A DNA stretch of 64,000 bases from Rhizobiaceae bacterium (GTDB lineage: Bacteria; Pseudomonadota; Alphaproteobacteria; Rhizobiales; Rhizobiaceae): assembly GCA_039977975.1 (NCBI GenBank), contig JBDWCD010000010.1, positions 20,939 through 84,938 on the forward strand, in the 5' to 3' direction. A program made the position numbers and the translations under genes. The notes beneath the pieces were generated by a model, which was given only the letters and a program-made list of their open reading frames with translations, was not told where the DNA came from and made no database searches. The stretch's first letter is position 1, and each line of letters opens with the position of its first letter. Of this stretch, positions 29,762-40,300 are shown in pieces.

Positions 29762-31987
29762 TTATTTGGACGTTGCCACGTAAACCCCGTCCCAATCCCG
29801 TCCGGGCGGATTGTCGGTAAATTCAATCACTCGGGTCTCATACATGAACAGGTAGGTATCGAGATCAATCTCAGCTTTCTCCGCCTGGTCCTGCATCAGT
29901 TCCAGCAGGGCGTTGGTGGCCTCCCAGTCCTGAGCCCGATAGGTGGCGAGCATCGATGTATTGAGCCGCTGCAATTCACGAAACTCTTCATTGGCCAACA
30001 TGTCGGCGTCACCAAACAGACCGTAAACCGTTTCCGGCTCCTGCTTGCCCTTCACCCGCAGCCGGTCAATTTCCAGTGTCGCCATTTCGTCCTGCACATA
30101 GACGGCGGTGTTCTGGCCAAGAATGATCAACACACCATAGGGTTTGGATTGACCTTCCAGGCGGGAGGCGAGGTTCACCGGGTCGCCGAGGCAGGTATAG
30201 TCAAAGCGCAGTTCACTGCCCATATTGCCGACAACGCAGTCACCGGAATTGATGCCGATGCCGATATTGATCTGGTGCAATGGCCCGCGTTCAGATTCGT
30301 TTTGAATGGCTTCCCATTCATCTTTCTTCTGCTTGTTGAGTTCGTCCACATCATTGAGCATTTTCAGCGCCGCGAGACAGGATGAGCGGGCGTGTTGTTC
30401 ATGAGGAACAGGGGCGTTCCAGAAAGCCATCACCGCATCGCCCATGAATTTGTCGATCGTGCCATTGTGCTTGAGGATCGCATTCGACAGCACAGTGAGA
30501 AATTCGTTCATCAAAACGGTCAATCCCTGGGGGTTTTCCTTAAAACTCTCAGAAATGGCGGTGAAACCACGCACGTCGCTGAACAGGATCGACAATTCGC
30601 GGGTTTCACCCCCCAAAGACAGGCCTTCGGGACTGTCCGCCAACTCGCTGACCAGGTCGGGGGAGACATATTGACCAAAGGCGCTGCGGATTTCCCGCCG
30701 TTTCTTTTCCTCGCGCAGATAGTTGAACGTTGCCAATATGATAAATATCACGATCACCGTCACCGATGGAAACACCGGATCAATCAGCAAGCGGTAATTG
30801 GCGAAGGCGTAATAGGAACTGGCCACATAGGAGACAACCACCACGGCAGCGAAGACAAAGGCCCAGGTGGCGTTGAGCAACGGCACAAAGGCGATGGCCA
30901 GCAGGCCAACGATGAGGATGGTCAGCAGTTCCACGGCGATGGCATAATTGGGCCGAACCAGCATCTGGTTGGTGAGGATGTTCTCAATCACCTGGGCATG
31001 GATTTCCACACCGGCCATCAGATTGCCCATGGGGGTGGCACGAAAGTCCTCAAGACCAATCGCCGAAGTGCCCACCAATATTAAGTGACCCTTCAGGCGG
31101 TTGGGTGGTATTTTGTCCTCAAGCACATCGACAGCGGATACAAATCGGGCAGGCACGTTGGGGGTGAAATAGGGCCAGACATGCGCTGTGCGGTCCGTAT
31201 TGACCAGGGTTCGGCCGATCTTCAGTGCGCTGACACCGGCTTCATCCGATTTGACCGCAAAGGCACGCCCGCCGGTGGCGACGCGCAAAATTTCCGCTGA
31301 CAGGCTCAGTCGCAGCTTGCCCTCGATCTGAAACAGCAGAGGTACATGGCGGAAAACCCCGTCGGCATCGGGAATAACCGTAAACACGCCGCGACCCAAG
31401 GTCGACTGTTCCAGCTCCGGCAGGTTTTGCACGATCGCCGGATAGTTTGGCAGGTAGGGACGGGGATCTTCGCCAAGATAGGCGTGTGGCATGTCTTCCA
31501 ATTCCGATGTCGCAGTGTCTCCCATATCACTGCGACGGCGGACGCTGGTCTGTCCCAGCACGATCCGCGATCGTTTGATGGCATCGGCAAATACCGAATC
31601 ATTTGACGGCAGATTCGACAGTGCCTGTTTCACTTCAGGGGACAAAGACTCGTTATCTTCGGCGATCTTTTCTGGGGACAATCTGTCCGGCTCTGCAAAA
31701 ACAATATCGAATCCGACCACAACGGCCCCCGCAGCCATCAATTTGTCGACCAGAGCGGCGACTTTGGTGCGCGGCCAGGGCCACTGGCCCAATTTGCGAA
31801 TGCTTTCCTCGTTGATGTCCAAAATTGAGACGGGCAGGGGCTGATAGACACGCGGTTTGACCCGCTGGTAAGCGTCAAAGGACTGGGCGCGAGACACTTT
31901 TACTGGCGTCGGATCCACAATGCGAATTGCCACGAGCCCAAAAAGAACCGCCAAGGCAACAAGTCGACCAATGCCAAATTTTCCCAC
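29762..31987 (-). CDS. CHASE2-domain class III adenylate cyclase
   Basis: CHASE2 region (DINEESI..LGQWPWPR, FDIVFAEPDR, GVEIHAQ) plus 3 TM segments; cyclase motifs FSDVRGFT, IDKFMGDAVMAFW, FDYT.LGD.VNLASRLE. The Lys and Asp specificity residues indicate ATP as substrate. Confidence 0.93.
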   Translation of the reverse strand: MGKFGIGRLVALAVLFGLVAIRIVDPTPVKVSRAQSFDAYQRVKPRVYQPLPVSILDINEESIRKLGQWPWPRTKVAALVDKLMAAGAVVVGFDIVFAEPDRLSPEKIAEDNESLSPEVKQALSNLPSNDSVFADAIKRSRIVLGQTSVRRRSDMGDTATSELEDMPHAYLGEDPRPYLPNYPAIVQNLPELEQSTLGRGVFTVIPDADGVFRHVPLLFQIEGKLRLSLSAEILRVATGGRAFAVKSDEAGVSALKIGRTLVNTDRTAHVWPYFTPNVPARFVSAVDVLEDKIPPNRLKGHLILVGTSAIGLEDFRATPMGNLMAGVEIHAQVIENILTNQMLVRPNYAIAVELLTILIVGLLAIAFVPLLNATWAFVFAAVVVVSYVASSYYAFANYRLLIDPVFPSVTVIVIFIILATFNYLREEKKRREIRSAFGQYVSPDLVSELADSPEGLSLGGETRELSILFSDVRGFTAISESFKENPQGLTVLMNEFLTVLSNAILKHNGTIDKFMGDAVMAFWNAPVPHEQHARSSCLAALKMLNDVDELNKQKKDEWEAIQNESERGPLHQINIGIGINSGDCVVGNMGSELRFDYTCLGDPVNLASRLEGQSKPYGVLIILGQNTAVYVQDEMATLEIDRLRVKGKQEPETVYGLFGDADMLANEEFRELQRLNTSMLATYRAQDWEATNALLELMQDQAEKAEIDLDTYLFMYETRVIEFTDNPPGRDWDGVYVATSK

Positions 31988-32249
31988 TTAACCAACCCAA
32001 ATGCTTCCTGGTCCCGGAAAAAACTCTAGGACTTGAAAAGCAAAACACAAGAAATCTTTACCATTTATTTACTTTTCTTTATTTTGTCAGCGGCTTGTGG
32101 TACCTGTTTCATTGGTTGGGTGCCGGTTGACTTTGATCAACCTCTTGGCTCCTTGGTTGGAATGTTTGAGGTCGCACTTGTTGCGCGTTGAGTAGGAGCC
32201 GTAAGTCTGTAGCTCGAATCTAAGTCAGTTTGGGTGGCCATGATGGCCA

Positions 32250-33680
32250 TTGCTGATTTCGGTGAACTTCTGCAGCCGCAATGTAATGTATAGTAAGCGC
32301 CCCTTCATAATGTCAGTGCTGTCCCTGCTATTGGTCAGCGTCGCCCCGGCAAATGCCATGTCGTTGAAAACGGCGGTGGAAAAAGCCGTTACCGAAAATC
32401 CCAAGATTCGCGCAGCCCAGGCCAGCCGCAGGGCAACCGACCGCGTGTTGAGCCAGGCGAAACGCCGTTATCTGCCTGAAGTCAGCATCGACGGCGATTT
32501 CGGTATTGAGAAGGTCGACAAGCCGCAGGCCTTTGGTGTCAACGACAACGACCAGTGGCGGAATCGCAAACGCATTGCGCTCAACATCAAACAGACCCTG
32601 TTTGATGGCTTTGAACGGGCCAACAATGTCTATGAATCCCAGGCCCGCATTTCGGCCGCCGCCCACAAGATTTTGGCGCGTTCTGAAGTTGTCGCTCTCA
32701 ATGTTATTGAAGCTTATATCGACGTGCGTCGTCATGACCGGCTAATTTGGCTGGCCGGTGAGAATGTCAAACGGCACCGCAAATTGCTGGAAGTTGTGAA
32801 CACCCGTGTCGAAGGCGGAAAGACTTCAGACGGCGACCTGTTTCAAACCAGAGAACGGCTGCAGGCGGCCATCGCCCTTCGATCTCAGATCAAGCTGGTG
32901 CGCGCGGCAGCCGCTGCCAAATTCAAACGATCAGTCGGTATCGGACCACGTCGGTTGAACTCGGTGAAGATGGCCCGCAATCCATATCGCTCCTCTTCTG
33001 AAGCAATTACAGCGGCTATCAGCAAAAATTCCAGATTGGCGGCATTGCAGGACGAAATAGATTCCGCCGGTTTCCGCACCGACCGCTCTCGGTCTGAACT
33101 GTTTCCGGTTGTTACTCTTGAAGGGTCGGCCTCACGCGGTGAAGACCTGGACGGAACCAATGGTCGCGCCGACGAAATCAAGGGCATGGTTGTGCTGCGC
33201 TGGAAATTAATCGACGGCGGCGTGCGCCGTCAGCGGACCGAGGAACTGACCGAAAGAGAGTTTGTTAAAGTCTCTGAGTATGACGCCGCGGTGCGACAGG
33301 TTGGTGAGGAAATCGAGATTGCCTGGTCCAAGATTGTCGAAGGCGGGCGTCAGATTGCTGCCAAACGCCGTCAATTGGCTGAAACCGGAAAGGTTGTTTC
33401 CTCCTATCGCAAGGAATACGAAGCCAATAAACGCAGTTTGTTGGACGTTCTCGACGCTGAGAATTCGCGTTTTGCCGTTGAGTTCGACCTGTCCAATGCG
33501 AATTCCATTCGTTTGTTTTCAGGGTATGAACTTCTTGCCCAGACGGGTTCTCTGCTGCCTTATTTGGGCATTGCACGACCCAAGGGATCAGAAGTTGACG
33601 AAAGCATGTTCAGATCGACCAAAGGCAGTTCTTCGGGAAGCAACATGTTCAAATCATTTGTAATTCCGCCTCTTAGATAG
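32250..33680 (+). CDS. TolC-family T1SS outer-membrane protein (LapE/AggA-like)
   Basis: Signal peptide; SLKTAVEKAV..NP; QTLFDGF; W.LIDGG; RSLLDVLDAENSRF. The true start may lie 12-19 codons downstream. Confidence 0.9.
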   Translation: MLISVNFCSRNVMYSKRPFIMSVLSLLLVSVAPANAMSLKTAVEKAVTENPKIRAAQASRRATDRVLSQAKRRYLPEVSIDGDFGIEKVDKPQAFGVNDNDQWRNRKRIALNIKQTLFDGFERANNVYESQARISAAAHKILARSEVVALNVIEAYIDVRRHDRLIWLAGENVKRHRKLLEVVNTRVEGGKTSDGDLFQTRERLQAAIALRSQIKLVRAAAAAKFKRSVGIGPRRLNSVKMARNPYRSSSEAITAAISKNSRLAALQDEIDSAGFRTDRSRSELFPVVTLEGSASRGEDLDGTNGRADEIKGMVVLRWKLIDGGVRRQRTEELTEREFVKVSEYDAAVRQVGEEIEIAWSKIVEGGRQIAAKRRQLAETGKVVSSYRKEYEANKRSLLDVLDAENSRFAVEFDLSNANSIRLFSGYELLAQTGSLLPYLGIARPKGSEVDESMFRSTKGSSSGSNMFKSFVIPPLR

Positions 33681-33732
33681 GTGCCGGAATCGATCGAACC
33701 CGCACAGTCCCATCTAACTTCAGGCAAACCCA

Positions 33733-35937
33733 TTGACTGCACCCGACGAAAGACAACCTTCTGAGGAACAGTCGAGTTCGCACGACATACATGATGCGCT
33801 GCTAAGTGCCATTGAATGGGTTTCCGACTATCACGGCCGCCCGTTCAGCCCCGAAGTTGCCGTCAGGGGATTACCGCTGGTGAACGGTCATCTTTCGGTC
33901 GCAAATCTGGAAGGCGCATTTGCAAATGTCGGGCTCGGTGCCCGCGTTGTCAGAAAAAAACCTTCCAATGTGCCGTTGATCGTCTGCCCGTTTCTGGTGT
34001 TTTTTGAGGGCGGCGATGTTGGCATCGTCACCGGGCGTCGCGGGCGACGGGGCAAATATCAGGTGATCATTGCCGGACACCGTGGCACGCGGCGCATGTC
34101 CCAAAAAGAGCTTGAACGCCAAACACTGGACTTCGTTGTCTATGTGAGTCCCTCCAGTGATGTGTTTTCGCAGGAAGAAAACATGCGCGAACTGGCCAGG
34201 GGACACTGGTTGTGGTCCACGGTCCGCCGCTTCTGGGGGGCATGGACCCAAGTGGTTCTTGTCGCCTTTTTTGTAAATATTCTCGGCCTGGCGCTGCCTC
34301 TTTTCGTGATGAATGTCTATGACAGAGTGATCCCCTATAACGCCATTCCGACACTCTGGGCGTTGGCGGCCGGGGTCGTGTTAGCAATGATATTCGACTT
34401 TATTTTGAGGATGTTACGGGCAACGGTTATCGATAATGCCGGGCGGCGTATCGATATGAAAGTGTCCTCGGATGTGTTCAGCCACGTGCTCGACACAAAG
34501 ATGTCGGAGCGCAAGAGCAGTTCCGGTGACATGGCCAGTTCGGTGCGCGAATTTGAGGCAGTCCGTGACTTTTTCACGTCTGCCAGCCTGACATCGGCGA
34601 TCGATCTGTTGTTCATCGGCGTCTTCCTAGGGGTATTGTGGCTGATCGTTGGACCGCTGGTGCTGGTGCCAATGGTGGCCGTGCCCATCGTGTTAATTTC
34701 CACTTTGCTGATTCAGATCCCTATGAAGCGGTCGGTGAACAAGGGGTTGGTGTCTTCCAACAACCGTCATTCGGTATTGGTGGAATCACTGGTTGGCATC
34801 GAAACGATCAAGGCGGCGTCGGCGGAAGGACCGTTCCAGCGTCGCTGGGAATCGGCGGTAGCAGACACCGTCAGGGCGTCTTCAAAAACCCGTTTCTGGT
34901 CATCCCTGGCAATCTTCTTATCGATGACGATTCAACAGCTTGTAAGCGTTGTCGTGATTGTCTGGGGTGTCTACCTGGTGGCCGCAGGAGAGATTTCCGT
35001 TGGTGCGCTGATTGCATCGAATATCCTGGCGGGCAGGGTGCTTGCGCCCTTGGGCGGGATCGCAATGACCCTGTCGCGGCTGCAGCAATCATTCAACGCT
35101 CTGGGCAATCTGGACCGCCTGATGGACAGTCGACGCGATCATGGCGTCCACAATGCCCACACAGAAACCGTCGAAACCGGCTTTCTGGAATTGCGCGAAG
35201 CGGGTTTCAACTATCCCGAAAGCATCAATATGGTTCTGCAGGGTGTGACGACCAGAATTCAGCCAGGCGAGCGGGTTGGCATAATCGGCAAGGTCGGATC
35301 GGGCAAGTCGACTTTGGGCAAGTTGCTGTGCGGCCTTTACGAAACCACCAATGGTGCGATCCTGCTCGATGACATTGACATCCAGCACCGCAGTGTCGCC
35401 GATCTGCGCAAGGCGATCTACTATGTGCCGCAGGATGCAGATCTGTTTTCCGGCTCCATTCGACAGAATATTTGTTTTAACGGTCCGGTTGCTCCGGATG
35501 TATTTGACAAGGCCTGTCAGGTGGCCGGCGTGGCGGACTTCGTTCAACAGGAGCCGCTTGGCTATGAAATGCCGGTGGGGGAGCGCGGGCGCAACCTGTC
35601 GGGCGGACAGCGACAGGCAGTCGCCCTGGCACGCTGCCTGGTGAACCTGCCCAAGATTGTATTTCTCGATGAGCCAACCGCTGCAATGGACACGTCGACC
35701 GAGGCTGCCTTTGTCGAGGCAATGGCAGAGTTCAGGGACGAAATCTCGACTTTGATCATTGCCACCCACCGCTCGTCGCTATTGGATCTGGTCGACCGGA
35801 TAATCGTCCTCGACCGCGGTCGCATTGCCGCTGATGGTCCAAAAAAACAGATTCTGGATTCGCTTAGCAAAAACGCCACTGGCAAGCCCGGCAATAACCG
35901 GCAGAAAAAAGTGCAGGTGAAAAACGATGGCAAATGA
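33733..35937 (+). CDS. T1SS permease/ATPase (LapB/LssB type)
   Basis: N-terminal C39-like domain without the catalytic Cys; LALPLFVMNVYDRVIP; Walker A GKVGSGKST; LSGGQRQ; FLDEPTAAMD; IATHR. Confidence 0.95.
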   Translation: MTAPDERQPSEEQSSSHDIHDALLSAIEWVSDYHGRPFSPEVAVRGLPLVNGHLSVANLEGAFANVGLGARVVRKKPSNVPLIVCPFLVFFEGGDVGIVTGRRGRRGKYQVIIAGHRGTRRMSQKELERQTLDFVVYVSPSSDVFSQEENMRELARGHWLWSTVRRFWGAWTQVVLVAFFVNILGLALPLFVMNVYDRVIPYNAIPTLWALAAGVVLAMIFDFILRMLRATVIDNAGRRIDMKVSSDVFSHVLDTKMSERKSSSGDMASSVREFEAVRDFFTSASLTSAIDLLFIGVFLGVLWLIVGPLVLVPMVAVPIVLISTLLIQIPMKRSVNKGLVSSNNRHSVLVESLVGIETIKAASAEGPFQRRWESAVADTVRASSKTRFWSSLAIFLSMTIQQLVSVVVIVWGVYLVAAGEISVGALIASNILAGRVLAPLGGIAMTLSRLQQSFNALGNLDRLMDSRRDHGVHNAHTETVETGFLELREAGFNYPESINMVLQGVTTRIQPGERVGIIGKVGSGKSTLGKLLCGLYETTNGAILLDDIDIQHRSVADLRKAIYYVPQDADLFSGSIRQNICFNGPVAPDVFDKACQVAGVADFVQQEPLGYEMPVGERGRNLSGGQRQAVALARCLVNLPKIVFLDEPTAAMDTSTEAAFVEAMAEFRDEISTLIIATHRSSLLDLVDRIIVLDRGRIAADGPKKQILDSLSKNATGKPGNNRQKKVQVKNDGK

Positions 35938-37249
35938 GGAGCTGGAATTTGCCAATGATCCCGCCGGAGCGGTGATCGCTACCACATCAACACCTGCATG
36001 GCGGGTGTTGCTGGCGATCGGCTGTCTGATATTTGTGGCGATTTACTGGGCCAGCGAGGCCGAAGTTGAGCAGGTCACGACGGGGCAGGGCAAGGTCATT
36101 CCGTCTCGTCAGATTCAAGCCGTCGAATCCTTCGAGCCAGGCATCGTGGCCGAAATCATGATCAAAGTGGGCGACAGGGTTTCACGAGGCCAGAGCCTGA
36201 TCCGCATCGATGACACCGGCGCCGCCTCCCGACTGGGCGAGTTGCGGCAGCGCCAGGCATCGCTGGCGGCAGAGAGAAACCGCCTGCGTGCCCAACTGAC
36301 CGGTGCTCAGACCTATGTGATCGAAGACGTTGAGGATGCCAATCTGCAGCGCTTTTATCTCGACCAGCAGGCCGTATTTGTGGCCAATCGCAGAAAGCTG
36401 GACGAACAAGCGGCGATCCGGCGTCAGCAATTGGCTCAGAAAGAACAGAGCCTGGCGGAGGCGATTGCCAGCACCAACAAGACATCGGGATTGTTGAACC
36501 TGGCTCGCAAGGAAGAAGAGCTGATTAAGCGGCTTTTTGCCAGGCGGGCGATTCCCGAGATCGACTTTATTCGCGTGCAGCGTGAAAGCGTCCAACTGGC
36601 CGGCGATCTGAAGATCTGGGAAGCCACCAAAGCACGCCTGCAGGCGGAGGTTGACGAGGCCCGCGCGCTGATCGGATCTGAGGAGGTCTCTTTTCGTTCC
36701 GAAGCCACCGCCAGACTGTCTATCGTCAACGCTGATCTGGCCATTGTGGAGCAGACTTTGAGAGCCGCCAGCGACACCGTCAGGCGTGCAATTTTGCGTT
36801 CTCCGGTCAACGGAATTGTCAACAAGGTTAACGTAGCGGCGGAAAATGAGGTGGTTCGGGCTGGTGACAGCGTGGTTGAAATCGTGCCAATCGATGACAT
36901 TTTGTTGATCGAAACCCAGATCAGACCGGAAGACATCGCCTTTATACGCGCCGGACTGAAAGCCACGATCCGAATCTCAGCATTTGACTATACCCGATAC
37001 GGAACCCTGCAGGGAACTGTCTTGAGAATCGGCGCAGACACCATAACCGACGAGAATCGTGAGACTTTTTACCAAATTGTGGTCAGTACCGACATCAAGG
37101 AAACGGTCCCCGGCGGGGCTGGTCAACTGGACATCATCCCCGGAATGGTGGCCACAGTTGACATTGCAACCGGCAAAAGATCGGTCCTGGAATATTTGAT
37201 GAAGCCGATACTGGTGATGAAGGACCGCGCTCTTAGAGATCCGCGTTAG
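35927..37249 (+). CDS. HlyD-family T1SS membrane fusion protein (LapC-like)
   Basis: GQGKVIPSRQIQAVESFEPG, long coiled coil, LRSPVNGIV, PEDIAFI, FDYTRYG, PGMVATVDI.TGKRSVLEYL.KP. Confidence 0.95.
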   Translation: MANEELEFANDPAGAVIATTSTPAWRVLLAIGCLIFVAIYWASEAEVEQVTTGQGKVIPSRQIQAVESFEPGIVAEIMIKVGDRVSRGQSLIRIDDTGAASRLGELRQRQASLAAERNRLRAQLTGAQTYVIEDVEDANLQRFYLDQQAVFVANRRKLDEQAAIRRQQLAQKEQSLAEAIASTNKTSGLLNLARKEEELIKRLFARRAIPEIDFIRVQRESVQLAGDLKIWEATKARLQAEVDEARALIGSEEVSFRSEATARLSIVNADLAIVEQTLRAASDTVRRAILRSPVNGIVNKVNVAAENEVVRAGDSVVEIVPIDDILLIETQIRPEDIAFIRAGLKATIRISAFDYTRYGTLQGTVLRIGADTITDENRETFYQIVVSTDIKETVPGGAGQLDIIPGMVATVDIATGKRSVLEYLMKPILVMKDRALRDPR

Positions 37250-37371
37250 CCATATGTAATCAATCGTCTTTTCACCGATGGACAATTTTACTGAATTATC
37301 ATAAGCTTTTGTTGGCACTTGGGGCAGAGCCATAGTTTTCAACCGACTACTTGTTCGGAGAAACTTGTGAT

Positions 37372-40300
37372 ATGGCCGTGGGCAATAATACAAGTGGTGG
37401 CACCCTACCGCAATCAATTAGGGGCGACTCGACCGATTCTACACGCGTTGTGGAAGCTGACGAAGGACGCCTGATCATAGACAATCCAGAACTGTTGTTT
37501 CTTGGCGATTTCGAACGCCAGGGAGACGATCTGTCCATCTCTTACGGCGGTGAGACAAATCTGGTTATTGGCTATTTCGCCAACGGCACACCTGCAAATC
37601 TGGAAGCCCTCAACGGCGCCTATCTGACCGCTCAGGCGGTCAACTCTCTGACAGGAGACCCGACCGCCGGACAATATGCCCAGGCAGGTGGCGGCGGTGA
37701 ACCGCTGCAAATTGGTAAGGTCGTCAAGCTGGAAGGCTCCGCGTCGACGACATCGGTGTCCGGCACCAAGAACGAACTGGAAGTCGGCTCCCCGGTTTTC
37801 CAGGGAGACGTGGTTGAAACTGGAGCGGATTCCAGCCTTGGCATCAGCTTTGTCGATGAAACCGTTTTCTCGATGTCGTCCGATGCCCGGATGATATTGG
37901 ACGAATTGATTTACGACCCCGCCAATGTCGAAAACAGTTCCATGGCCTTTAACCTGGTCCAGGGAGCATTTGTATTTGTTACCGGTGAAATTGCCCCCAC
38001 CGGCAATATGGCGATTGAAACACCAGTCGCCACCATGGGTATTCGCGGCACCACGCCAAGAGTTGTGGTCAATACCGCACTCGGGGTGACTGAATTTACA
38101 ATCCTGCCCGATCCGGGATCGGAAAATGTTGGCAGCTACACAATCGTCAATAAGGCGACAGGTGCCATTATGGGCTCTGTCACGGCGGTTGCAGACAAAT
38201 GGGTTGTCACCGGCGCCTTCAGCGACGCAGTCAAGATCACCAAGTCGGGCCTCGATCTGCTGGAAGACCAACTGGCGCTGGATGAAATTACTGACATCTT
38301 TAACCGGGCGGCCAGCGACCGCGCCGAGTTGGATGGATCCACCAATTATACCAACGTGGCCATTGATCTTTCCGGTGGTGACGACGGCGAAGCCGGTGAC
38401 GACCTGGCCGGCGATGACGGCGGAACCGACGTCTCGGTCGGCGTCGAAGACACGCCCAATCAGGACGATCCACCGATTGCCTTTGATGATGACCTTTTCA
38501 CCGACGATTCATCGCCGATTACCGTCAATCTAAACGTTATCACCGGAAATAACGGCCAAGGCGTCGATATTGACCCTGAGGGCTTCCCGATCATTCTGAC
38601 CCAAATCAATGGGCGCAATCTCAGCTTTGTCGACGGTGAGGCAAAGTTCATCCTGCCCTCGGGCGCGGTCATCAAGGTGACGAACAATGGTGGCATTACC
38701 TATTTCCCGAACGAAGCCTACAAGTTTCTGGGTCTCGGCAATGTTGATATCGATCAGTTTGAATACACCATTCAGGATCAGGGCGGACAAACTGACCGAG
38801 GTGTCATTTCGGTCAGTCTGACTGGTCGCAACCAACAACCCCTGGTGCTGAATGTCGGCTCACGCGATCTTTCCGATACGGTCATAGAAGGCGACGATAC
38901 CGGCAATGCCGCTCCTTCGCTTATTGCCGCTGGTCAGCTTGTCATCAGCGACCCGGATGCATCGGATCAGCATAGCAGTGTCGTAGTGTCAGATTCTGTC
39001 TCCTGGGAGAAATCAGACGGCACAACCGACACGTCGCTCGGCGAAGTCGGTTCCGTGGCATTGGATTTGCAAGAATCAATGCAGGACGATTCGCCGAATC
39101 TGGTATTTGACCTTATCCAGACAAATCCGCCGCAGCCAGGGGTTTACGGGCCGCTGGTTTCCCGTCCGGAAGAAATTCGGGGCACTGTCGACTGGACATG
39201 GACAGGCAGTGAAGCAGATATCGACTTCCTCGGCGTCGGCGAAATCCTGACCCTTGTTTACGAAGTAACGGTTACCGATGACAGCGGTGTGGGCGGTGGC
39301 AGTGAACCCGCCTCAGTGACGCAGCTGATTACGATCGTGCTGGTGGGCACAAATGATGGGCCGACGATTTCGTCGATCGTCAACGCTTCCCCAGACCGGG
39401 ACGAAAATGAGCTCGGTCCAACTATTGGTTCGTTTGAAGTCACCGATGTTGATGTCACCGACGTTGTTTCCATCACCGATGTGCGCCTGGTGTCTGCTGA
39501 AAATGATGGCAACCAGGAAACGCCCGATCCGGCTGATTTGCTTGACATGTTCAGCCCGCGATCCGGCGATACTATATCCAGCGGTGCGACAGTTGGCACG
39601 GTCAATTGGCAATTCACCCCCAATGGCGAAACCTTTGACTATCTGGCGGACGGTGAATCCCTGGAACTGACCTATGCCATCACACTGGATGACGGCAAAG
39701 GCGGAACCGTCACTCAGGATATCGTGGTGACCATAAACGGTCTCAACGACGATCCGTTCACCAGCGATGAGACAGATGTTGACGATAGCCTGTCAGAAAT
39801 ATCTTCTCTGAAGACCGCTGGATCGTTCGAAGTCACCGATCTCGACACCAGCGACACAGTGTCGATTTCGGGCGTTACGGTTGCCACAAGCGAAGATGAT
39901 TCCGACAGTGCTTTGCCAAATAATGGGGTTCTGTTGGCAATGTTCACGCCGCAGAGCGGAACAATCATTGATGATGGTTCTACCGTCGGCGTGGTAAATT
40001 GGAGTTTTAACGCCAACGGGTCAAATTTCGATTATCTGTCGTCGACCGAACAATTGGTGCTCACCTACACGGTGACCTTTGAAGACAACAGCGCCGCCGG
40101 TGCCTCGCAAGCTACCCAGCTGGTTGAGATCACCATTACCGGCACCAACAGTGATCCGATTGTTACCGGGTCGACTATTGCCGTTTCGCCGCTGATTGAA
40201 ACCAATGATCCCCTGATCACCACCGGCACTATCAGTTTTGCAGATACTGATACCAGTGACGTAGTCTCGATAACCCAAATCGACGTGACGACTGCGGGCG

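Noticed and set aside
33733-34200. Missing catalytic Cys in the C39-like domain of the ABC transporter
   Set aside because: Normal for RTX/LapB-type T1SS transporters.
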